Positions 57,552-64,000 of a stretch of DNA of 64,000 bases are shown here, piece by piece (the first letter of the stretch is position 1; each line of letters begins with the position of its first letter). Location: the NCBI GenBank assembly GCA_051418015.1, contig JBPRGF010000024.1, positions 32,001 to 96,000 of the forward strand. The letters are read 5' to 3'. The translations under genes and the position numbers were made by a program. A model generated the notes under the pieces. That model was not told the origin of the DNA. It was given only the letters and a program-made list of their open reading frames with translations, and did no database searches. This stretch comes from Candidatus Nitrospinota bacterium M3_3B_026. Its GTDB lineage: Bacteria > Nitrospinota_A > UBA7883 > JBPRGF01.

Positions 57552-58013
57552 ATGGCTGTGGATGTTGAAAGCGGGGAGATACTGCTGGTCGAGGACAACC
57601 CCGACGACGAGGCGCTCACGCTGAGGGCTCTGAGAAAGAGCGGGATCACCAACCACGTGTCGGTGGCCCGCGACGGGGCGGAGGCGCTCGACTACCTTTT
57701 CGGCGAGGGGGGACACGCGAGACGCGACACTTCTGACATGCCGGTGGTCGTCTTGCTGGACCTGAAGCTTCCCAAGGTGGACGGTCTGGAGGTTTTGAGG
57801 CGTATGCGAACGGATGACAGGACGAAGCTCGTGCCGGTCGTGATCCTCACCACCTCCGACGAGGAAAAGGACATGATCGCAGGCTACGAGCTTGGAGCCA
57901 ACAGCTACGTGAGGAAACCAGTGGACTTCAACCAGTTCTCGGAGGCCGTCAGGCAGCTGGGGCTTTACTGGCGTCTCATAAACGAGCCTCCACCAAGGAG
58001 CGCGAGGCGGTAG
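57552..58013 (+). CDS. single-domain response regulator (Rcp1-like)
   Basis: LVEDNPDD, LLDLKLP, LTTS, GANSYVRKP, LGLYW. Confidence 0.95.
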   Translation: MAVDVESGEILLVEDNPDDEALTLRALRKSGITNHVSVARDGAEALDYLFGEGGHARRDTSDMPVVVLLDLKLPKVDGLEVLRRMRTDDRTKLVPVVILTTSDEEKDMIAGYELGANSYVRKPVDFNQFSEAVRQLGLYWRLINEPPPRSARR

Positions 58014-58019
58014 CGCAGG

Positions 58020-59528
58020 ATGAACAACGGGAAGCTGAAAGTTCTCCTGGTGGAGGACTCGGAGGACGACGCTCTCCTGATCCTGCGCGAGCTTGAAAAG
58101 GACGGGTTGGACCCCACGTCGAAAATAGTGGAGACGGCCGGGGATTACACGGCCGCCCTTTCGGAAAACTCGTGGGACGTCATCATATCGGACTACTCCA
58201 TGCCGAATTTCTCCGGGGTGGAGGCGTTGCGGATGTTGAAGGACTCCGGCCGGGACATTCCCTTCGTCATGGTCTCCGGAGCGATCGGCGAGGAGACGGC
58301 GGTGGAGACGATGAAAGCCGGCGCCCACGATTTCATAGTGAAGGGCAACTACGCCCGCCTCGCCCAGGCCATAAGGCGCGAGCTGACCGACGCGAGGGAC
58401 CGGAGGGAGAAAAGGCGCGCCGAAGAAGCCCTCAGGGAAAGCGAGGAGAGACTCAAAGCTATAGTGGACAACACCACCGCGGTGATCTTCGTAAAGGATA
58501 TGGAGGGCAGGTACACTCTGGTGAACAGACGGCTGGCGGAGATCATCGGGGAGCCGAAGGAGGAGATCGCGGGGAAGACGGACCATGATCTGATGCCCCG
58601 GGAGGTGGCGTACAGGCTGCGGCGAAACGACCTTGCGGCCCTGGAGGCTGGGAAGGCGATGGAGTTCGAGGAGATCCTGAGCCATGACAATGGCCACCGC
58701 GCCTATCTTTCCATCAAGTTTCCACTGCTGGACTCATCGGGCCGGCCCTACGGCGTCTGCGGCGTCGCCACGGACATAACGGAGCGGAAAAAAGCCGAGG
58801 ACGAGCTCCGGGAGGCCAGGGACGCCGCCGAGGAGGCGGTAAGACTGAAAGATAAGTTCGTCGCCCTTGTGGCGCACGACCTGAAATCGCCTTTCGGCTC
58901 GATGCTGGGGCTTTTGGAGCTTATCAGCAGGGACGGCGACAACCCTCTCCCCGTGAAACACAAGGAGATGATCAGGAGCATCATAAAAAACGGCAGGCGC
59001 ATGTACCGGATGATCGACGAGCTTCTGCGCGCCGACAGGATACAGAAGGCCAAGATCAACCTGAGGCGCGAGAAAGTGGACGCGGTCTCGCTCATGGCGT
59101 CCGCCATAGACAACCTGAAGGAGCGCGCCCGCGAAAAAGGGATTATCATCGTGAACGACATCCCGGAGGGGATGAGCTTGTACGTCGACCCGGCGCTGTT
59201 CCTGGAGGTGCTCGACAACCTTATATCCAACGCCATAAAATTCAGCCACCGGGGCGGCGTGGTCACGGTCTTCGCCCCGGACGGCGCCGCCGTGGCCGTC
59301 AGGGACTCAGGCGTCGGCGTCCGCCCGGACAAGCTGGACAAGCTGTTCTGCTATGACGAGAAGACCACCACCGTCGGCACGGATGGGGAGATAGGCTCCG
59401 GCCTGGGGCTGCCGCTGTGCCATGAGATAATAAAGGCCCATGGAGGCTCCATTACCGTGGAGTCGGCGGAAGGGAAAGGGAGCGTGTTCTGCGCCCGGCT
59501 GCGCGGGGAGGCGATCGAGGAGGTCTGA
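58020..59528 (+). CDS. hybrid REC-PAS-histidine kinase
   Basis: VEDSEDD..SDYSMP; PAS IFVKDMEGRY; AHDLKSP; NAIKF, DSGVG, GSGLGL. Confidence 0.92.
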   Translation: MNNGKLKVLLVEDSEDDALLILRELEKDGLDPTSKIVETAGDYTAALSENSWDVIISDYSMPNFSGVEALRMLKDSGRDIPFVMVSGAIGEETAVETMKAGAHDFIVKGNYARLAQAIRRELTDARDRREKRRAEEALRESEERLKAIVDNTTAVIFVKDMEGRYTLVNRRLAEIIGEPKEEIAGKTDHDLMPREVAYRLRRNDLAALEAGKAMEFEEILSHDNGHRAYLSIKFPLLDSSGRPYGVCGVATDITERKKAEDELREARDAAEEAVRLKDKFVALVAHDLKSPFGSMLGLLELISRDGDNPLPVKHKEMIRSIIKNGRRMYRMIDELLRADRIQKAKINLRREKVDAVSLMASAIDNLKERAREKGIIIVNDIPEGMSLYVDPALFLEVLDNLISNAIKFSHRGGVVTVFAPDGAAVAVRDSGVGVRPDKLDKLFCYDEKTTTVGTDGEIGSGLGLPLCHEIIKAHGGSITVESAEGKGSVFCARLRGEAIEEV

Positions 59529-59650
59529 ACGCGCCGCCGCGCCTTCGTTGTGTTCAGACCTCGTCTAATCTGCTAAAATTAACCGTTTTTTTTATTTTGT
59601 CCGGTTACCAGCCGGATAACTGCTTTCAGGAAAACCTTGGAAACCCGCGG

Positions 59651-60940
59651 ATGATGATCCCGTTCAGGAAAACAGGCCGTTGTCGAACGTTCTTTTCGGT
59701 TGTCGCGGCGGCGTTTCTTTTCGCCTCGTGCGGCGCCGGGGGCGGCTCGGGGGGCTCTGGCGGTTCGGGAGACGGCGGGGGCTCCGGCTCCTCCATCCAC
59801 GCAGGACCCGTGGAGCTTGTCTACCCGGAGGACGGCTCCGCGCTGAGCCACGGATCCTCTGTGAGCTTCGAGCTTTACAACTCAGAGCCGGAAGAGCACA
59901 CCAACGGTGTCTACACTATATCCATCTATTCCGATAGCGATGCGCTCAATCTCGTGGCCTCCTCGGAGGAGATCGAGGAGGACCAGGCCGGGCGCGCCGC
60001 GTGGAGCCCGACGGTGGAGCTTGGCTCGGACAGGGCCTACTGGTGGAAATGGAGCGCCGTCTACGAGGACGCGGACAGCGGACTGAGCAAATCATACGAG
60101 TCCGGCCTGGGTGTTTTTTACGTGACCTCCACCGACGCCATGGACGCCCTGAGCCCGGCCGACGGGGGATACGCTGACGTTAACAGGAGCGGAGGGGCCC
60201 GCCTCGCCGTGTTCAACGCCTACACCGGCGAAGAGCCCGAGGTCGCCTACGACTTCGAACTGTATTACGCCGAGGATACCTCTTCCGCCCTGGCCCAGGC
60301 GCGAGACGTCCCACAGAACGGCGATGAAAGATACACCGTCTGGGAGCCCGCCGCCGCCCTGCTCGAAGGGGTCTCCTACAAATGGCGCGCCAAGGCGGTC
60401 GTCAACGGCTATCCCATGGACTGGTCTTCCATGTACACCTTCACCGCCGTCGACTTCTGCTCCGTCGGCGGCGGCAGGTACGCCGAGCGGGTCGCCGACA
60501 CCGCGACCGTCCGCGAATGCGCCGCCAGGGCCTTTACGGACCCGGAGGAGGCCCTGGGCCCGCCGGACGCGGTGATTCCCTATCGGGGTTTTTACTCGCT
60601 CGATTTCGGCGGCGAGCTTGTCGTCGAGATGGGCGCCACCATCATGGACCAGTCCGGCTACGATATCCGCGTCTACGAGTTCGTGTCGGAGGAGTTCGTC
60701 GAGGTCCTGGTGGGAGCTTCGGAGAGCGGGCCGTGGGCCTCCCTCGGCGTCCAGCTCTGCCCGGAGTACTGCGACTTTGACCTTGCCACCGGCGGCGCGG
60801 CCTACGCGAGGTTCATAAAAGTGAGGGACCCATGGTCGCCCCAGGGCGCGTGTCACGAGTCGTCCGGCGCGGACATAGACGCGATAATGTGGATAAGACC
60901 GGTCTCCGCCGCTCCGGGCGCGTGCGCCGGCGGCTGGTAG
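59651..60940 (+). CDS. acidic surface lipoprotein with Gly/Ser linker, Ig-like modules and a Cys-containing C-terminal beta-sandwich
   Basis: Lipobox FASC, GAGGGSGGSGGSGDGGGSGS linker, two Y.W...A Ig/FN3-like units, ALGPPD..SLDFGGEL..SGADIDAI. Confidence 0.7.
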   Translation: MMIPFRKTGRCRTFFSVVAAAFLFASCGAGGGSGGSGGSGDGGGSGSSIHAGPVELVYPEDGSALSHGSSVSFELYNSEPEEHTNGVYTISIYSDSDALNLVASSEEIEEDQAGRAAWSPTVELGSDRAYWWKWSAVYEDADSGLSKSYESGLGVFYVTSTDAMDALSPADGGYADVNRSGGARLAVFNAYTGEEPEVAYDFELYYAEDTSSALAQARDVPQNGDERYTVWEPAAALLEGVSYKWRAKAVVNGYPMDWSSMYTFTAVDFCSVGGGRYAERVADTATVRECAARAFTDPEEALGPPDAVIPYRGFYSLDFGGELVVEMGATIMDQSGYDIRVYEFVSEEFVEVLVGASESGPWASLGVQLCPEYCDFDLATGGAAYARFIKVRDPWSPQGACHESSGADIDAIMWIRPVSAAPGACAGGW

Positions 60941-60952
60941 GAAAGAGGGCGG

Positions 60953-61447
60953 ATGTCTCGCGGAGTCTTCAAAAGGTTCGCCGCCGCGGTGTTCCTTGCG
61001 CTCATTCTGGCGGCGTGTGGGCAGGGCGGCTCGTCCTCCAAGGCGGACGACTCTTCCAACGATGATAACGGCGGCGGGGAGCAGGAACAGCCGGTCCATT
61101 CCGTCCCCCAGTGGCTGATAGGGACGTGGCAGGTGGTGCGCATAAGGTTCGGCAACAACGTGGAGCCTTACGGGCTGTACCTTACCGTGGGGGAGTCCTC
61201 GTTCGAATACCACTACCCGGAGTGCGACGTCGAGGGGACACTGGTCATGGAGCCGTCGCTTCCCATGCACGCCGCGAACGAGTACACCATGACCATGACG
61301 TGGGCCGACTGCGACCGGCAGTGGGACATCCCGACATACGCGGGGTCGGAGGACATGGGGGAGATATGGTCCGACGACGGCGGCAGGGGTTTTTTCAGGA
61401 TGTCGTGGTATTACGATGTGCTTTGGATCTATCATAGGACGGAATGA
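60953..61447 (+). CDS. lipoprotein, possible lipocalin-like
   Basis: Lipobox LAAC, LIGTWQV motif, RBS upstream. Confidence 0.7.
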   Translation: MSRGVFKRFAAAVFLALILAACGQGGSSSKADDSSNDDNGGGEQEQPVHSVPQWLIGTWQVVRIRFGNNVEPYGLYLTVGESSFEYHYPECDVEGTLVMEPSLPMHAANEYTMTMTWADCDRQWDIPTYAGSEDMGEIWSDDGGRGFFRMSWYYDVLWIYHRTE

Positions 61448-61457
61448 CGCTTTTGAT

Positions 61458-63773
61458 ATGATCCGTTCCCGTCTCGCCCTGGCCGCGGCGCTTTTGATCG
61501 CGGGGATAGCGGTTCGCGCGCCGTACATCGCGCGTTATCACGACGTGGTCAACCTCGACGAGGCGACTGTCGGAGTGATGGCCCTTGACGTCCTGGCGGG
61601 CGACATACCACTTTTTTTCTACGGGCAAAAATACTTCGGGCCGTTCGAGGCTTTTTTCCTCGCCGGGGCTTTCAAGCTTTTCCCTGTCACATCGCTGACC
61701 CTTCGCCTGACAATCGCGGCGATGTCGTTTGCGGCGGTCTTCTTTTTCTGGCTCGGCGCAAGGAGGATCATGGGGAGAGAAGGCGCGCTGATGACGGCGG
61801 CGTTTTTGCTGATTCCACCGCCGATTCTTTCCATATGGTCGTCGCTGGCCAGCGGCGGGCACGTTGGCGGCTTGCTGCTTGGCGGGATGGTTTTCTGGCT
61901 CGGCGCGCGGGTCATAGAATTGAGGTCGCGGGGGGCGATTTTCTTTTTTTTGTACGGCGCGCTTATCGGGTTTTCCACGTGGATGCATCCCGGCGTCCTG
62001 CTGTTCGTGGCGGGAGCCGCCGTCGCCGCCGTCATCGCGGATCCGCGTCTTCTGGCAAGCCGGGCCGTCCCGTCGACGATCGCCGGGGCGGCGCTCGGCG
62101 GCGCGCCGTTGTGGGTAGTCACCTTTTACGAAAAATTCAGGACATTCCAGTTCGGCCAGGAGCGCGCCGCGGGGCGTTCGCTGGAGGCGATGGCTTCCGA
62201 CCTGGTGGTCTCCATCGAAAACGTCCCGCCTCTCATGGGCTTCGAGCTTTTTCCAGCGCCGTTCGGCGGCATCGCCTCTTACATCTTCGCGGCGCTTATT
62301 GCGGCGGGCCTTATCTTTGCGTTGCGCCCGCGGGATTTTTTTTCCGGCGGGAGCGCCGCCGTGGTCATCGGGGCGGTGGTGATGGCCCTGAACGTGGCGC
62401 TCTACGCCCTGGTGGACGCGAACAAGTGGGGATGGGTTCAGTATCGCTATTACCTCCCATTCGTAGCGGGAACGGCCCTTGTCCTCGGCTATCTTTTCAA
62501 AACGCTTTACGGGAGATGGAAATTTTTGGGCGGCGCGTTTTGCGCGGCGGTTATCGGCGTGAACCTGGCGGCGAACGTTATGACCGCCGCCGGGGCGGAG
62601 CGCTTTTACAGGATGGACACGCGGCTGGACGAGCGTTTTTTTCTTTATGACAGGCTCCTGCCCTCCCTCGATGCGCTGAATATAACCGATCTCTACGTCC
62701 GGCTGTACGACGACGCGCCGATAGCTTTCGAAAGCCGGGGCCGGATCGCCGCCGTCGCCTACAGCGACTCGCGCCTCAGAAAAAGGAGCCTGGCCGTGGA
62801 CGCCGCTCGCCGTCCGGCCTTCGCGTTCCTCAATCGGGAGAAGGGCCGGTTCGACAAAGCTCTGGACGCCATCGGAGCCGCTTACTCCGTCTATAGGGAC
62901 GAGACGTACACCGTTTACCATGATATAAAGCCTCCGCCGTGGGAGTATGTCCCTCTCGATCTGTCTGGCGCGGAGGCCGGAGCCAGCCCAAACGGCGCCG
63001 GGGCGCGGTTCGCCATCGACCGGGATTTTTCCACCGTGTGGAACACAAGCCGCGAGCAAAAGGGGGACGAGTTTATACAGATAGACCTCGGGCGGGTGGA
63101 GATGGTGTCGCGGGTGGACATCCTGCCCTCGTGGATCACCGACGCTCCGGTGGGCGTGGCGGTGGACGTTTCGCTGGACGGGGGGTCGTGGCGAACCGTC
63201 GCGGAAGTGGAGGACCACAGGATGACAAGCTGGGCCGGGCCGCATCCCGTCAGTCACCTGTGGGAGGGGTTCAACCAGCTCATCTTCGAGCCTGCCCCGG
63301 CGCGTTTCGTAAAGGTCCGGCAGACGGGCGAAAGCCGCCTGCACTGGCACGTCCGCGAGATTTTCGTCTACGAGAGAACCCCCGCCGCGACCCCCGTCCC
63401 GGCGCCGGACTGGGACGCCGTCATGGCTTTTCTCAAGGCGGAGGGGGTGGAGAGCGTCATAGGCGACTTTTACTTCAGCGCGAACGTGGTCGCGCGAAGC
63501 GGAGGCGCCATTTGGGCCAACATCAGGCGGAACGAGTTGAACGAGGACGGCCGGGCGAAGTGGATATTCAGCCCCGGCGAGACCGGAGCCATCGCCGTGA
63601 CGGAAAGGGACGCCCGGCAGGTGAGAAGCTTCATGGACGCGCAGGGCTGGGGCCGCCGGGCGCGAAACTTCGGCGGGTATAGAATTTTTTACGATTTGAA
63701 TGTCCCGGAAGAGGACGCCGGAGGAAAATTCCGGTGGACGGGCAGCCACATCATCTGGATGAGCGGCGGATGA
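61458..63773 (+). CDS. GT-C (PMT/ArnT-like) glycosyltransferase with F5/8 type C (discoidin)-like domain
   Basis: NLDEATVGVMA..FFYGQKYFG, about 11 TMs, RYYLP, AIDRDFSTVW..FIQIDLG..VSLDG..W. Confidence 0.8.
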   Translation: MIRSRLALAAALLIAGIAVRAPYIARYHDVVNLDEATVGVMALDVLAGDIPLFFYGQKYFGPFEAFFLAGAFKLFPVTSLTLRLTIAAMSFAAVFFFWLGARRIMGREGALMTAAFLLIPPPILSIWSSLASGGHVGGLLLGGMVFWLGARVIELRSRGAIFFFLYGALIGFSTWMHPGVLLFVAGAAVAAVIADPRLLASRAVPSTIAGAALGGAPLWVVTFYEKFRTFQFGQERAAGRSLEAMASDLVVSIENVPPLMGFELFPAPFGGIASYIFAALIAAGLIFALRPRDFFSGGSAAVVIGAVVMALNVALYALVDANKWGWVQYRYYLPFVAGTALVLGYLFKTLYGRWKFLGGAFCAAVIGVNLAANVMTAAGAERFYRMDTRLDERFFLYDRLLPSLDALNITDLYVRLYDDAPIAFESRGRIAAVAYSDSRLRKRSLAVDAARRPAFAFLNREKGRFDKALDAIGAAYSVYRDETYTVYHDIKPPPWEYVPLDLSGAEAGASPNGAGARFAIDRDFSTVWNTSREQKGDEFIQIDLGRVEMVSRVDILPSWITDAPVGVAVDVSLDGGSWRTVAEVEDHRMTSWAGPHPVSHLWEGFNQLIFEPAPARFVKVRQTGESRLHWHVREIFVYERTPAATPVPAPDWDAVMAFLKAEGVESVIGDFYFSANVVARSGGAIWANIRRNELNEDGRAKWIFSPGETGAIAVTERDARQVRSFMDAQGWGRRARNFGGYRIFYDLNVPEEDAGGKFRWTGSHIIWMSGG

Positions 63774-63798
63774 CGCCCGGATCGCCGCCGGGAGGTTT

Positions 63799-64000
63799 TT
63801 ACCGCGCCACGCTTTCGATCCTGAATCCGTCCACGGTCAGCCGGGCCGCCCCGGTGGATATGACGTAAAACTCCACAGCGTCGTCTTCCGGTATGGAAAA
63901 GGGCAGCGCCGCGTCGCCATACTCCCATTCGCCCGGCATATCCTGTGCCATGACGGCCCGCCTCCCCAGCGCCTTCCCCGAGCTTGCCGAACGCGCCTCG
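63799..64000 (-). CDS. 3' end of a gene running off the window (partial)
   Basis: Open frame from 63999 to TAA at 63801-63799, reading ..AVEFYVISTGAARLTVDGFRIESVAR*; convergent with the GT-C gene. Confidence 0.55.
   Translation of the reverse strand, partial: EARSASSGKALGRRAVMAQDMPGEWEYGDAALPFSIPEDDAVEFYVISTGAARLTVDGFRIESVAR

Noticed and set aside
59731..59793. GGC/TCC-rich repetitive DNA
   Set aside because: It encodes the Gly/Ser linker of a lipoprotein and is not a separate repeat element.

Overview
High-GC bacterial chromosomal segment, densely coding, with about 55 CDS. I found no rRNA, tRNA, CRISPR array or mobile element by eye. Housekeeping genes: grpE-dnaJ, nadA, ihfB-like, kdsC, fabI and an AMIN/Amidase_3 amidase. 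Lipid and metabolic modules: (i) a 1.4-kaa double-activator/dehydratase fusion with the architecture of anaerobic plasmalogen/ether-lipid synthases (PlsA-PlsR/Ger), followed by a ferredoxin; (ii) a four-gene split glutamate synthase with a GltD/DsrL-like flavoprotein; (iii) convergent MfnB-like and MfnE-like furan-cofactor genes; (iv) a complete oleABCD olefin cluster. Envelope modules: a GldA/F/G-DUF4340-type ABC system, two tandem non-canonical sulfatase-like proteins, a divergent pilM/N-O-P-Q-like operon with a lipoprotein secretin, lipoproteins and a GT-C glycosyltransferase. Signalling modules: a Crp/Fnr regulator divergent from a membrane/DUF1858 protein, with a TATGAT-N4-ATCATA operator and a similar site before a ywiC-like gene; a PEGA Ser/Thr kinase with a TPR-PEGA-FN3 partner; a NarX-like/PAS kinase-response regulator-hybrid kinase locus; and a stand-alone MshEN-like repeat protein. 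All calls come from motif recognition without database searches, and several start codons were re-chosen by eye.
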